DNA from: Paragordius varius
Taxonomy: Eukaryota; Animalia; Nematomorpha
Reading direction: 5' to 3'
DNA length: 64,000 nucleotides
NCBI GenBank assembly: GCA_964247055.1
Contig: OZ176051.1
Coordinates: 5,394,001 to 5,458,000 of the forward strand
The position numbers and the translations under genes are program-made. Shown in pieces: positions 49,001-63,689 of the stretch; within the stretch, counting starts at the first letter, position 1, and the number at the start of each line of letters is the position of its first letter. Below the pieces are notes generated by a model, which was given only the letters and a program-made list of their open reading frames with translations, was not told where the DNA came from and ran no database searches.

Positions 49001-52000
49001 ATCTTCACGGATTAAATTTATATCTTTGGTGATGTTTGTTGAAACATTTCCTCCACTCAAACGCATTTGATAATTTTTGCCGTTGAATAAATTGCTATAC
49101 AATCAATATTTAAAAAAGGAAATCAACATTAACATTTTAGAAAAGGCTTAAAAAATTTCATACCCTTTTGAAATAGGTGAAACAATCGAATTGGGTGTAA
49201 GGGCAGACGGCGGTTTTAATCTTGAATCAGATTCTTCTATGATTGGAAAAATATTTAAATCTTAAAAAAATTATATTAATTCGATTTTAAATAAATTTGA
49301 TAGGTGTATACCTTTGAATAGTATGAAGGATTCTTTATGGTCAGGAAAAGGCACTTTTTCCTAGATGTAAATATTAATATATGGATGAAAAATCAAAAAT
49401 GATTGTAAAAAATATTAAAAGAATTGATTAACAACAATTGTGCAAGCATATGAGTGAATCCTAAATCTGAATAGACATAATAAATGGGAAAACAATGAAC
49501 TAAATAAAGGTTTTAAATACTCTTAAGTATGCCTGTATTTCTATGAAAAAAAATTTTCTTGAAAAACGATGTAAACTTCTAATAATTCATTGTTGGCTCT
49601 TCTTTCAACAAATATATTTACATAGTTTAAATTAGTATACTTTTGGAGATAATGGTAAACTTTCGTAAAATGATTCAATTTTTGCTATGGGCGCATTGCC
49701 ATCTACCGAATTGGGTGATTTCAACACTTTTGCATTATCATTTTGATTTATTCGATATTTGACACTAAAAAATTATATGTAAAATAAATAGAAAGTAAAA
49801 TAACCAAAATGTTTTTAAAGTTGATATTATAGTTTAAATTTTTATAATTACTTAGCAGTTTCCAGATTTGTAATTATATTATTTTTATCTCGGAACTTTT
49901 TAAGCGTATTTTCATCCACTGTATTATTATTGCTATCCTTTTCAGTGTTTAATGTAATTTGATTAGTAAAATTATTACTGTTTCCATCATTTTTATTGAC
50001 ATCAATACCATTCTTTTCTGAAACACATACCGAGTTTAGGTATAATAAATCGCATACGTTTAACGATGCATCAGTCGAATAACCAGAATCAGTCCGTCCA
50101 CCTCCGGACAAACTTGAAGGGTGAAAAATGTTAAAATTTTCCTTTACTAAACTTTTGTTGAGTTGTAAAGATGCAGTGATAGCATGTTCATTTTTTAATG
50201 AGTTTTTGAGTGAAGCTATATGATTCATATTATGACTAGATGTAGTAGGGGGCAATACGGTCAATTGAATAACTTCATTTAGTTTCTCCGTATGTTCGGA
50301 TATTTGTGAAATCGTTGCCACATTATACACTTTGCCATAGATAGTGTCCTCATTCTTAACATTCATAGTGTAAGACTGTTCATCCATATCATGATTTACT
50401 GTTTTGGCAGTCATAAAAGTATTGGTTGTAGTATAAAGATTACATTTTATAACACTTTCAGAAGTTAATTCCCCATTTCCATTTACACATTGGGAATTTA
50501 TAATCGAAGTTTCTAAAGTATTATCAGAGTTAGTTTGTATAGCGTTAGATGTTATAGGAGATAATCGATTATTGGTGCTAAAAAAGTTAAAGGATAGGGG
50601 CGAGGAGGTGTCTGAAAAACCATCTTTTGCTGTTCCCAATTTTGAAGACGTTACCAGGCCAGGCATTGAAGGCAATTTTGATTTACGCCTTTTGGATTCG
50701 GTTTCTAATAACCGATGGAGTTGAACCACGTTATTGGTACATAGCTAAAAAGTGCAGGTGGCAAAAAGAAAAGATATATTAATTATAGGGTATTTTAAAT
50801 TTTTTCAATACATTAAAAGAATTTATGGGTTAACAACATCTTTGAATGGGTATAGTAATAAAGATTGAGAACATCAAAGCAGGTATATATTTTTTTCATT
50901 AATTAAATTTAGAAAAAAATACATTTAAAACTTAAGTACTATAATCTTATTATAGACCATTTAACCAATAATATGGCTCTTTACTGTATTAATAATTTGG
51001 TATAACAAATTTATTATAGTTTAAATAAAAAAAATAGTTATACATTGCCCAAAAAATACTTTAATAGCCGGACATTCAAGAGGATTTTGTTCGATGTTCA
51101 AAAAAATTAAGGAATTGCACATAAATCGCAGATCAGTGGGGAGATGTGTTATTTTATTGTAGGATAGATCCAAACTTACAAGGGATAAATTTCCCATTTC
51201 TATTTCAAAAATTTAAATTATTTAATTAAAAACTTATTCATAAAAAAGGATCATAAATTTCCATTAATAACTTTACCTATATTAAAAGTGTAATTATGAA
51301 AACCAAAAATTTTTACCTGAAGGTATCTGCACCAAAGAATTTTGAGATAAATTGAGATTTCTTAATCGTTTCATGCTGCCAATAGATGAGGGTATATAAC
51401 TTAATTCATTATAACTTGCATCCTAAACCAAATAAAAAACTCCAATACTAATAGCAAATATAAAAATCTATAAAATGTTTGACGTGCTTTTATTTATGTT
51501 GTAATCTTTTAAACCATCAATTTAATATTTGAATCTTTGTATATTTTTAAAAATGTTTATTATTTTTTTTTCATTATAGAAAATTAAAAAAAGTTTAATA
51601 TAAATTAAAAAATACCATACCAATTCGATGAGCTCTCTGAGGTTATTTATTTCATCGGGCAAAGATACTAAGCGATTTTGTCCAAGTAAAAGAACCTTGA
51701 GATTCGGGATGTTACAAAGTGGTTGAGGTATGTGATTTAAATTATTGCAGCTATGGTTAAAAAATAAAAAATCTATATATATTTTCGATTGAAAAATTTA
51801 ATTCTTTAAAAAATTTTATATGTGAAGAAATAAGCATATAAGTCAAGAATATCATTCACACCTCATTTTTACTCTAAATTTTTATTTTAAAATGTTTTGC
51901 AACTTCCAAGAAGTCATATCCAATCGAAAAAAAAGAACATGCCAGAGTCTAATTGCAAACATTTTAAAGTTTTGTTTTTTTATCAGCCAATATTTTCATT

Positions 52001-53796
52001 TGCCGCGGTTTATATAGCGATTCAAAAATGCTAAAAAAATTGGTGTTTTTAAAGTTTGATACATTGATATTTTCCAAATTACAATAGTAAATTATACCTT
52101 AAATCCAAATAGATTAAGGCTTTGAGATTAACTATAGCCGCAGGTACTTGGCATATTCTATTACCGTGAAAAAGGGCCCGTTCCAAGCTAACATACTTGC
52201 ACACGTCTTTGGGTATTTCACATAATCGATTGTGGGATACATCTATTAATTATAATTACATTTAAATCTTAAATATTAATTATGATAAAATAAAAAATTC
52301 CGATATTTGAAATGAAATTAGAAATACAACTTCCATATATATATATATATATATCTAATGTAATAAATAATTATAAAATCATTGCTGTTAAATAACACAC
52401 GTTAGTTTGTAAACAAATATCATAACAAACGGAAATCATAACAGGTGGAAATGGATCATATAAATATTAGGAAAATCAAAATATGTGCCATAATCAATAT
52501 ATGAATATGAGATTGTGCATATATGGTGGTCATTTTGAATATTTATTGTGTTAATATTGAATTTGTCACTCTTTTTTATACTATTCCTCCCTTTTCCTCT
52601 TTTTTTCTTTGCGTAAAATAGAATTTATATATATATATATATATATATATGGAAAAGGTCATTGTGATTATAAGATATATATAAATAATAATAATAGGAA
52701 TGTAATCCTCAATTTTTTATTGTTTTCATATATCATAATATAATGTAATACCTAAATTAATCAAGCGTGAAAAATTATGTATTGTCCGATTCTGAAGTCA
52801 CATAAAAATTATAAGCAATTTGTTGTGACTTTTATAAGAAAATAAAATATGTGTAATTTTATAGAAATTTAAATATATATATATTATATCCATAAAAATT
52901 TAATCGTTATAAAATGAATAATTGCATGTGTCTATGTCATAAAATTATAATTAGGTAATTCTACCGTTCGTACCTTTTGGTTCAAATTTTTTTCAAAAAA
53001 CTTTAAATATTATCATATCGAAATGAAATTAATTTATATAATTCATATAACTAAAATGACCATTTTACAATTTGACAAAAAAATATTTGAAAATAATAAA
53101 ATATTAACTTTTTCATATAAGAATTTTAGTTGGTGAAACTGAAAAATCGAAAAACAATTTATTAATCAAAACATTTAATAACTAAGCAAGAATAAGTTCA
53201 CGCTGCAAAATAATTTAAATTGATTCTTTTTATCTTGAAATTAATTTTCAAAAACTCCGTAAAAAAGATTTTGTTATATGTATGTTTCTTATATGTAGTT
53301 TGGTGCAAAACAGTTATAAAATGGAAAAGAATTTTTTAATGCGCTTTTTTAAAAACAGAACCATATTTTTTTGTTATACTATAGTATATTTATGGAAGAG
53401 TAGAAAGTATTCTTAATGCCAAAAATATAACTTATTAAAAGTTCATTCTCTTCGATTGAATAACTGAATAATGCATCAACAAAGAGTTAAAAAAAATCTG
53501 ATAAAATTAAAAATGTAAAAAACTATAAGAAGCTTTTATTAAATTATGTAAATACACAGTAATATAAAAGCTTTCATAAGAAAAAAGTATAAAAGATATA
53601 AATTAAATGCCATACCTATACTTATTGTATCCGATAAGTCATATTGAGATTCATTAATCTTAGGATAGAATAGTAAATGACGGTGGGACAAATTTAGTTT
53701 TAATTGATAAACTGCATCATCTATAATCTTTTCAAGTTTTGTATTTCTACATTGTACACGGCCAGGTTTTTTAATTTTAAAGTTATCAATGTGCAT
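46019..53796 (-). CDS. LRCH: Leucine-rich repeat and calponin-homology domain protein (LRCH)
   Basis: Exons ~53796-53616, 52242-52098, 51750-51621, 51422-51317, 51199-51060, 50744-49852, 49764-49641, 49360-49312, 49260-49164, 49094-48974, 48584-48441 and 47901-47824, then 47557-47285 (TM-ending) or 47074-46019 (S/T/N-rich). LEKIIDDA..LNLSHRHL..YP..YDLSDT|DVSHNRL.EIP plus LRRs, and the CH domain IENRLKITLP..LSDGVYLC..N.IRPHSI..IHVPS|PKLPMAKCRRNVDNFIGACK, are LRCH-diagnostic. The start codon and last exon are uncertain. Confidence 0.93.
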
Positions 53797-55059
53797 CACC
53801 GCCCATTTGAAACAACCATCATATGTGGATTACATGCATGAATAACAATATGTTTAAATTTGTAAAATGAATTATAGATTTTAAGACAAAAATACAAAAC
53901 GTAAATACCATATAATAGTTTTAATTTTATAAACAAAAAAATTATTATATGTATTTTAGTATATTTAAAAATGCAATAGTATGTTTTCTCACGGTGCAAA
54001 AAGCATAAAAATATTGTAATTAAATCATATTTATAAAATGTAATATTTAAAATTGTTTATTTTTACGGATTTCAGACATTAAAATTTTAGTGTATCGCCT
54101 ACTAAAAAAGGCCAGGACAAACTTCATTTTGGTTGTTACTGTGCCAACCAAAAAATAAGTTTAATATATTTTCTGGTAGAAATATGTAATAGGGAGCTCT
54201 TGGCTTTGGCCATTACGGGTCATTAGCCAAGTTTATAACAAATTATAGAATAAATTCTCATTTTAGATTTACCGCACAATACACACTGAATAAAATCAGT
54301 CGTAATAGAAATACCTATATAATAAATTAAGAAAAAAAAATCAGAATTCCTATCATGTTTTTGGCATTAAATTACTAGTTTTGAAGAGACATTACCACTT
54401 TTTTGGTAACTGATCTGTGCATACTATAATCTGAGGTATAAAAAATATGATGATAAAATACTACAAGAAATGTCTGATGAGTATAGATATATATTCTGAT
54501 AGGGAAATGAATTAGGCATGGTGCTTTTGGTTTTGAGCTCTTACGAGTGATCTAAAAAAGTTATTTACACTTTAGTGGTAAGGGCTCCATATCAGAAAAT
54601 GGCAAAATCGCAGTTTTGAAAATAATATTTTTGGTGAGAATAGAAGCTTTATTGTGAGATATATCCTAAATATAGCATAAACTACATATAACAAGCAAAA
54701 CAATATATTCGAAAAAATTTGTCTTAAATATATTTTGTATTTTAGGGAAACGAACCTTTAACATTAAACTCTGTTTTGATATCACAAAACTAATACCCAA
54801 TATATATTCATGCTTTTAACAAATTTATTTAACCAAATAATAGGTGAAATGAAAATACTCACAGCCTTTAATAATAAAGGAGATATTTGATACAGGCTTT
54901 TAAAACTTCTTTAAGATGGGTTAAAATTTCTTGAATGTATCACTCAGCTCATCTCAATCATGCAATTTTTTGTTTTAGCGGATAAAAGCACAATCGATCC
55001 CATATTCCTCATCAGACAATTGCAAAATAAATACCAAGCAAAAAATATATATACCACCT

Positions 55060-55790
55060 CTTTGTCGACTTGGAAAAGGCTTACGATTTCCTAGAACACT
55101 AATAATAATAGCATAACTGCGCTACAACAACGTAGATGGGTATACATTTAAAAATGTTTTTCACCAACTCAATCAGCTGTGATCTTACACCTGCTGGAAA
55201 TTCAGATATTTTAATACTAATTTCGGGCTGCATCTTTTAAACTCTATTCATTTCTAGTCCATACTAGACTTCATTGCAAAAGACATTAGAAAAGGATATA
55301 AAATTCTCTACGCAGACGATCTCATATAACTACGGAAACCATTTCAAATGCGAAAACAAATTAATGTGGTTAAATCAATCACAAAAACACCGCCTTAAGA
55401 TCAACACAAATAAAACCCAAATCCTAATCACAGAAAAATAACACAAAACTATCAAGTTCTTATGCCGAGTGTCCGCCGAAAAAGGTAAAACTAAGCTCAT
55501 GCTGTACAAAATAAATTTGGAACCATATATGCTGCAAAATAAACGGAAATGCCATTTCTCATCGAATCGGGCAAGGATCGGCTAATTTAATCAATTATAA
55601 TATAATTTATCTAATGAAAGTATCGAATAGAATAAGATAAAAATTTACAAAATGGGAAAAGACCAGCCATGACATACGCTACACAAACCTGAGCCCTGAC
55701 AGCAACAGTGTTTACTAGAGCTGAAAATCACATGCTAAAAATCTACAACAATAACCTTGATAATACCATAATCTATCAGGTATTAAAATT
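55060..55790 (+). mobile_element. Older decayed LINE reverse-transcriptase fragment
   Basis: SILDFIAKDIRKGYKILYADDLI (YADD catalytic motif) in a frame broken by stops. Confidence 0.6.
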
Positions 55791-55834
55791 TATATCCGCG
55801 CAATTTTGGCTTTTTTCCCCTTTAAGAGAACTTG

Positions 55835-58800
55835 ATTCACTCAAAAAAATGCGCGATATTACCTTTATAATATTTTTCTTATAATTTTCTATTTATCTTT
55901 TTATTTGAAGTATAATATTCCGAATCATAATCTTATTCCTCAGTTGTAAAGATGCGCATTTTATTTCATTTTTATTTATTGATATATATTTATTTATCTA
56001 TTTTTTTTTGGTTCAATTTTTTTTGTTTTTTTTTGGTTTTCATTTAGATATCAGCTACTATATATTTTAAGCTTTATTTTTATCTATTACTAATCGACTT
56101 ATTTATTGTATTTTTGTTTATGTATGTTTTTTTGTAAGGCGTACAGGCCAGACCCGGCCAGTCGCTGCACGGAGGTAGGGGCCAACGGGATAATGAGTGT
56201 TGTAGAGTGTGTTTTGCCAGTATCAATGTTGGTTCGTTAAAAATAAGTTATTGATTTAGTTGAAACTATGAGGGTAAAAAAGGTAAATTTTTTGTGCATT
56301 CAGGAGACCAGATACCGTGGAAATGGTACTAAGACGTTAGAGGGTAATTATTAAATGTTTTATTCAGGTTCTACGGATGGTTACAGTGGGGTCGCTATAA
56401 TAGTGTGTCCAAAATTGCCAATTAAGTAATTGAGGTTAGACGTGCTGACAGTAGAATTATAAGTGTCGACTATTGTTAAATAAGAGGGTTTTTACTATCT
56501 TTAGCGTTTATGCCCCTTAGATGGGGTTAACTAAACCGGAAAAAGATAAATTTTATGATTTGTTAGACGCAGAAATAACTTCATTAACGAAAGACAGAGA
56601 AATCACATTTTGTGGCGATTTGAATGGGCACGTGGGACAAAATAGGAGAGGTTTTGAGCCTTGGCACGGCGGAAAAGGCTACGGGGTTATAAATGAAGAA
56701 GGGGCTAGTTTATTAGGATTTGCCCAATCTTATAACTTTGCTATAACAAATACCTTTTTTACTAAAAGGGATAGCCATTTAATTACCTACGAAAGTGGAA
56801 ATAAGAAGCCACAAATCGATTATATTCTGGTACCACGAAAGTCTTCAAAGTTTGTTGTGGACTGCAAAGTCATACCTAACCTGCAGATTAGCACACAACA
56901 TAATTTAATTATGTGTAAATATATGACAGATATACCAATAAATACTAAAAAGCTTAAACTTATAAAACTCCGAAGGTAATTAAATGGGATTCCTTAAGAA
57001 ACAGTAAAAAAAGATTTGTAGAAACGGTAGGCATACTAGACAGGAACAGCGATCCAGAAAGTGTTTGGTCACAGGTGGCAAAAAAAATAAGAGAGGCGGG
57101 AGTTAAGGTGTGCGGAATGAAAGGCGGCAGAAATCAGATTTATAGAGAGGCATGGCTGAAATACGAAAAAATAATTCTGAAATCGCGAGAGAAAAGTAAA
57201 ACTTTTAAAATGTGGAGGTTTACCCGCCATGCAGAAGACAAGGAAAAATATAAAAGGATTAATAAGGAACTTAAAAGGCTTGTAAAATTAATCAAAAAAG
57301 AAAAGACGGCATCATTATATGAGGAGTTAAACAAGCAAGGTCTAAACAAAGTTTTTAAAATTGCTCGACAAAGATACAGAAGAAAGCTGGACTTGCCCCC
57401 TTACGCGACCGCTATTAAAGATAAAAACGGCAAATTACTCGTTGAGGAAGCGAAAATATTCAAAAGGTGGAAAGAATATTTCCAGGACCTTGAAATGGGC
57501 GTCAGTACAAATTTACCCGAAACACCAGATTATATATATGCGCATATTAAAAGTATAACAAAAGAAGAAGTCCAGGCCGGTTTAGAAGAGTTGTCTATAA
57601 ATAAGGCTGCAGGTCCAGACGATATTAACATAAACTGTTGGAAAATAATGTCAGAGAAAGGTATTGAATTTTTGACGGATATTTTTAATAATGTAGTTTC
57701 TACAGGTATGGTACCAACCGAATGGAAAGAGAGTGTCACTGTTCCCATTTTCAAGGGTAAAGGAGATATTAATGATTGTAATAATTACAGAGGGATAAGA
57801 TTGATGTCGCATACAATGAAGTTATTTGAGAAAGTATTAGAGAAACGAATGAGAAAAATGGTTGGGATACAGGGTAATCAATTTGGTTTTATTCCAGGAA
57901 AGTCCACCATTGATCCGATTCACGCAGTAAGAAGGCTAATCGAGAAGCATATAGAAATGAAAAAGGAGTTGCATGGTATTTTAATTGATATTGAAAAGGC
58001 GTTTGACAGAATACCAAGGAGCACAACATGGTGGAGCTTGCGACGGAAAAACGTCCCTGAAAGTTACATAAAGATTCTAAAAATCATGTACGATTCACAT
58101 CAAACCAAAATTAAAACACACCAGGGAGTATCAGATATTATTGAATTAAATCAATGGGTCTATCAGGGGTCAGCAATCAGGCCGTTACTATTTATAATAT
58201 GCATGGACGAAATTTCAAAAGAAGTAGGGCAACATGGTGGCTGGTATTTTCTTTATGCCGAAGACCTAATAGTGCTGTCCGAGGAGTTGCATGAATTGAA
58301 AGAATTGGTGGGTAAATGGATTGATGTGTTACGACGATGCGGATTAAAAGTTAACAAAAAGAAATCAGAACTTTTAAGTTTCGGTGGGAAAAAAAGGGAA
58401 ATGGAATTAGAAGAAGGGTGGGTATTAAAAGGTCAGGAGGAAATGCATATATTTAGGAGCTATTTTAGCAGCAGATGGCTCGTTAACGCATGATATTAAT
58501 TTAAGAATTCGAAATAGTTGGGCAAATTATAAAAAGATCTCAAATGTTTTGTGCGATAAAAATATTGACTTAAAAGTAAAGGGTAAGATTTACAGTGCTC
58601 TTATACAGCCAACAATGATGTAGAAACTCACAGACATGGGCAATAAAGAAATCAGAAGTGAGGCACTTTGAGGTTACTGAAATGAAAATGCTTAGATTGA
58701 TGTGCGGTGTAACGAGAAATGACAAGGTGAAAAATGTCTACATAAGAGGAAGTACAGAAATCAAACCGGTAACGCAAAAGATGATGGTAAATCGTTTAAG

Positions 58801-59042
58801 ATGGTTCGGACATGTTGAAAGAAGAGATAATAATTACATTGATAAAAAGATTGAAGATTATATTGTGAAAGGCAAGAGGGGAAAAGGGCGCCCTAAAACG
58901 CGATGGATAGATACAGTTAAGAGGGACATGGCAAAACTAAACCTAAAACGCGAGGACGCCACAGACAGGGTTCTATGGCGAAATAGTTTACGGATATGAC
59001 TGCTCGAAAGAGTGATATCATATAATGTAATTATTATTATTA
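55835..59042 (+). mobile_element. Full-length (~3.2 kb) RTE-clade non-LTR retrotransposon, inactivated
   Basis: The endonuclease (INVGSL, IQETR, FCGDLNGHVG, NTFFTKRDSHLITYESG..QIDYILV) and RT (KAAGPDDI, IFKGKGD..CNNYRGIRL, QFGFIPGKST, DIEKAFD, YAEDL) are split by stops and frameshifts. The C-terminus has RLRWFGHV..RGRPK. The 3' tail is (TTA)n. The flanking direct repeat TTAAGAGAACTTG lies at 55822-55834 and 59043-59055. Confidence 0.92.
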
Positions 59043-59819
59043 TTAAGAGAACTTGCTTATTTAGAATGGATCCAAAAATTTGGTATCAGAGCCCGTTTAT
59101 TTTTGCTTTTTGAACCCTTGGATAGAATCCATTCATTTCAGTCCTTCGATTCAAAAAATTTTTTATGATGAAATGGGTACATGGTTTTTTTCCTTTACAA
59201 CATCAATCAAATATGTAACTAATAAATTAGAAATATTTGAATGCTGATAGAGCTGTATACTCTTTAAAATATATATGGCCTATGGTAGTGGTCGTTACTG
59301 TACTCAAACTGGTTTAAATATATGGCCCCATCTATAATTAAAACCTAGTTGCTATATAAAGAGTTACCATATCGAGACTCTAAAACTAATATATAGTGGG
59401 ATATATTCCGTCAACGCATTTCTTCAAGATTAAAGGTGGCTGAGTTAAAATAGAATTTGATTTTGGATTTCCCAAAAGTTCTACATGCCGCATCTTCAAG
59501 TTTTATGTTAAGCAAGGGCATAGTTTTTAATATTTTGGATTTAGGGAATCGAAAATTTGTGATGTTTTATTTTGTCATTGGGCAACAGGTAAATAATTTC
59601 CTTTGGTTTCAAGATTGACATATTTATTATTTAAAATGTGTTTTAATGAATGATATCCCTATGTTTCGGCATATTTTAGGGTGTCTTTATTCCATTTTTG
59701 GCGGAAATTACGTCGCCTAAATACTTAAATTGGGTGACAGTTTCGTATTTATATTTATTGGGAATAGAATTGAAATATTTGTAGGTAGATGATTTTGTTG
59801 CACATGGTGCAAGTAAAAT

Positions 59820-60212
59820 CTGTAATGTGCAGTGTTTTATATTAGGCGCATTTTTTATGAAGCCAAAATTTGCATTTAAGGCGCTGAATAGAATTTGATT
59901 TTACTGCTTGATTACAGATTCTGAATGGAAATTTTATTGGTTTTCCTATATCATCAGACATTATTTGAGTTAACTCTGAGGCTGTATTTCTCAAGACAGC
60001 TTTTCCATGCATATGGCTTGCAGTAGTCCGTCTTTGGATGTCCATGATAACCAGATCATCTGCAAAGAATAACTCCCACGGTAAGCCTCTGCAAATGTCT
60101 TAAAATTAGTCATTATTATTATTTTAAAAAGGGGAGGACTATCTTGGTGAAGCCCTGAGAAGATTATTGAATCAGATAAACCGTAGGATGTTCTGATTTG
60201 GCTTTGGAACTA
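59820..60212 (-). mobile_element. Decayed LINE RT fragment
   Basis: Minus-strand pieces KIRTSYGLSD..GLHQDSP and PWELFFADDLVIM match the RT GLHQGS / PW.LLFADDLV motifs. Confidence 0.65.
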
Positions 60213-63200
60213 TTGACCGTAAAAATTCAATAAGGATTCCAGCTATTCCCTGTTTAAAGGCAAAAATATTAGTCAAGCGTTTCTTTGATGATAGCTGCTG
60301 GGTAAGGAGATATCCGCTAAAAACTGACCCATCATATCGAAATAGCGTGCCTTTGGGGCTATTCAGAAAATCTATCAGGCCATATGAGTTCGATATCTGC
60401 TTAAAATATTACCCGTAACAAGGCAAAAATTTGGGTCGTGCGGTTTTTAAAACTGCCCTTTATTATGTATGCTATTTGGAAATAATTAATGACTTTCTAG
60501 CAATGTATACTTATTCATACTGTATCATTTATCTATATATTCATAAAAATGGAAACAGGTGGTTTTTGCTGTTTCTAAAAAACCGGTAGACCCATTCAAA
60601 TCCAAATATCAAAAATATAAAATCATTAATAAATGCCCCGACAATAGATTCGCCCTTTTTTTAAATTAGGTCCCCAGTTCGATCCCATCCCGTGTAAAAA
60701 ACGGTTTTTTTTCGAAAACACAGGTGCACAAAAATCGTGTCTTTGATTTTCCGGAAAACTGTTAGACCAATAGATTTTAAATATGATTTTTTTTAAATTA
60801 TTTTCGATTGCGCCGAACATAGTCGGCTCGCTTTTTTAATTTAGGCCCTGTTTTCACCCGCTTCCCCTTATATTTATAGAAATGGAGAGTGGTGGCTTTG
60901 TGATCTGTTTCCGGAAAACCGGTAGACCCATATCAAATTTAAATATCAAAAAAATATAATCATTAATGAATGCCCCGACAAAATCTAGGCCCTTTTTTGA
61001 AATAGGCCCCCAGTTCGGGCCTACCCCGTGTAAAAAACAGTTTTTGTTTGAAAACAGAAGTCCATAAAAATCATGTCATTGAGACAATTTTCCGGAAAAA
61101 GTGTTGGACCATTCGATTTCAAATATGATTTTTTTAACTTATTTTCGATTGCGCCGAACATAGTTGCCTCGCTTTTTTAATTTAGGCCCTTTTTTACCCG
61201 CTCCCCCCGTAAAATGCCACTTTTTATAAAAAAATCCACAAAAATAATTTTCTATATCTATTTTTGGCCCAAGGTATGATACCGTAAAAATTCAATAAGG
61301 ATTCCAGGTATTCCCTGTTCAAAGGCAAAAATTTTAGTCAAGCGTTTCTTTGATGATAGCTGCTGATTAAGAAGATACCCGCTAAAAACTGACCCGTCAT
61401 ATTAGCGTGCCTTTAGGGCTAAATCTCAGAAAACCAAGGCTAAAATTTGGGTCGTACGGTTTTTTAAAATTGCCCTTTATTATGTATGCTATTTGGAAAT
61501 AATTAATGACTTTCTAGCAATGTATACTTATTCATACTGTATCATCTATCTATATATTCATAAAAATGGAAAATGGTGGTTTGTGATCTGTTTCCGGAAA
61601 ACCGGACCCATTCAAATCCAAATATCAAAAATATATAATCATTAATGAATGCCCCGACAATTGCTTGGCCATTTTTTTTAATTATGTCCCTAGTTCGGGC
61701 CCACCCCGTGTAAAAAACGGGAGTGCACAAAAATCCTGTCTTTGAGACAATTTTCCGGAAAACGTGTTGGACCATTCGATTTCAAATATAATTTTTTTAC
61801 TTATTTTCGATTGCGCCGAACATAGTCGGCTCGCTTTTTTAATTTAGGCCCTCTTTTCACCCGCTCCTTCCGTAAAATGCCATTTTTTTCAAAAAAAAAT
61901 AAGTCCACAAAAAATAATTTCTTAAATCTATTTTTCGCCCGAAGTATGAGACCGTAAAAATATGGGGATTCCAGGTACCTGTTAAAAGTCAAAAACTTTA
62001 GTCGTGCGTTTTTTCTGGGTAAACAGATACCCGCTAAAAACTGCCCCATCATATCGAAATAGCGTGCCTATGGGGCTAAATTTTAGAAAATATCAGGCCA
62101 TATGAGTTTAATAGGTGGTTAAATTATTACCCGTAACAAGGCAAAAGTTTAGGTCGTTTTTTTAATTAGCCGTTAATTAGGCCCTTCACGCCAAAATGCG
62201 CCACCATAGAATAATTTTTCAGTATTGAGGCAATTTTTCCAAAAACTAATGAGTGCATATGGAAATCATGATTCAAAATATTCTCCGTAAAAAGAAAAAT
62301 TTTATTCAAGCGCTTTTTTGTATCAGCCTCTGGGTATGGAGCTACCCGCCTAAAACTGCGTCATCATATCGAAATTGCGTTGTGTAGGAGTTTTTCAGCA
62401 TACTTATCAGGCCATATATTAATAAGGGCCTGAAATATTACCCGTAAAAGGCAAAAATTTAAGTCGAGCGGTTTATTAAATTAGCCGTTAATTAAGCCCT
62501 TTACGCCCTAATTAATGTGCTATCATTGAACTATTATTTAGTTTTGAGGCCATTCTCCAAAAACTATTAAGAACATATGGAATGAATGATGGGTATTCCC
62601 CTATAGGCAAATTTTTTTATCGAACGTATTTTTATTATTGGCCTCTGGGTAGGGGGCTGCCCGCCTACAACTGCGCTACCATATCGATACAGCGTGACTT
62701 TGGAAGCTAATTTTAGAAAACTTATCAGGCCATATGAATTTAATAAGGGCTTGAAATACTACCCGTAAAAAGGCGATAATTTAAGTCACGCGTTTTTTTA
62801 TATAGGCTGCTGGGTAAACAGATACCCGCTAAAAACTGCCCCGTCATATCGAAATAACGTGCCTTTGGGGCTATTTTTCAGAAAACCTATCAAGTCATAT
62901 AAGTTTAATACATAAATATTACCCTTAACAAGGCAAATTAGGTGGTGCGGTTTTTTTACTTAGCCGTTAATTAGGCCCTTCACGCCAAAATGTGCCACCT
63001 TAGAATGATTTTTCAGAATTCAGGCAATTTTTCCAAAAACAAATTAGAGCATATGGAATCAAACATGATTCCAGGTATCTCCGTAGAAGCCACATTAGTT
63101 TATTAAAAGCTTGAAATATCACCCGTAACTATGTAAAATTAAGGTCAGGCGTTTTTTTATTAGCCACTAATTACGGGGCCTTTATGCCCTAAAAATACGC

Positions 63201-63689
63201 CATAACGATTATGAATTTTTGAGGTATTTTTTCAAATAATTCATGAGACGATGGTATCAAAGATGATTCCAAATATTTGTCCTAATAAGGCAAATAATTT
63301 AACTCAGCGCTTTTTCCATATAGGTCTATGGGCAGGGGACTACCGGTTAACTGAAACGCCATACAAAATTGCTTGTTTTTGGAGCTAATTATCAAAAAAT
63401 TTAAGGAGCCATACGAGTTCAATAAAGAAATAATACCCATAAAAGGTAAAAATTATAGTATAGCGTTTTTTCCGTTAGCGTCAATTTGGGGCTTTCACAC
63501 CAGTAAACAATATATTAGTATGAATGCACAGTTTTAAAAATTCTATGAAGCTCTGTTTTGAAAATCCTATGAGATCATAACTAATATAATATTTCGAAAT
63601 AATCCACATATATGGATCACAATTTTGTTGATCTCTTTTTTCAAATAGCACCGCCCTCGGGCTGCGTAAGAGCCCGAGATTTATGCTAC
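60213..63689 (+). mobile_element. Tandemly expanded Helitron-like repeat array (same family as 11416-12673)
   Basis: A|TCTATATATTCATAAAAATGGAAA starts at 60532 and 61549. Recurrent internal modules are CCGGAAAACCGGTAGACCCATTC (x3), CATATCGAAATAGCGTGCC (x5-6) and TTAGCCGTTAATTAGGCCC (x4). The terminal hairpin CTCGGGCT-GCGTAAG-AGCCCGAG (63656-63678) is followed by CTAC|T. Confidence 0.6.

Noticed and set aside
60213-63460. CRISPR-like or tRNA/SINE array
   Set aside because: There is no constant repeat with unique spacers, no cloverleaf or A/B boxes, and the context is eukaryotic. The modules are degenerate copies of one dispersed element.
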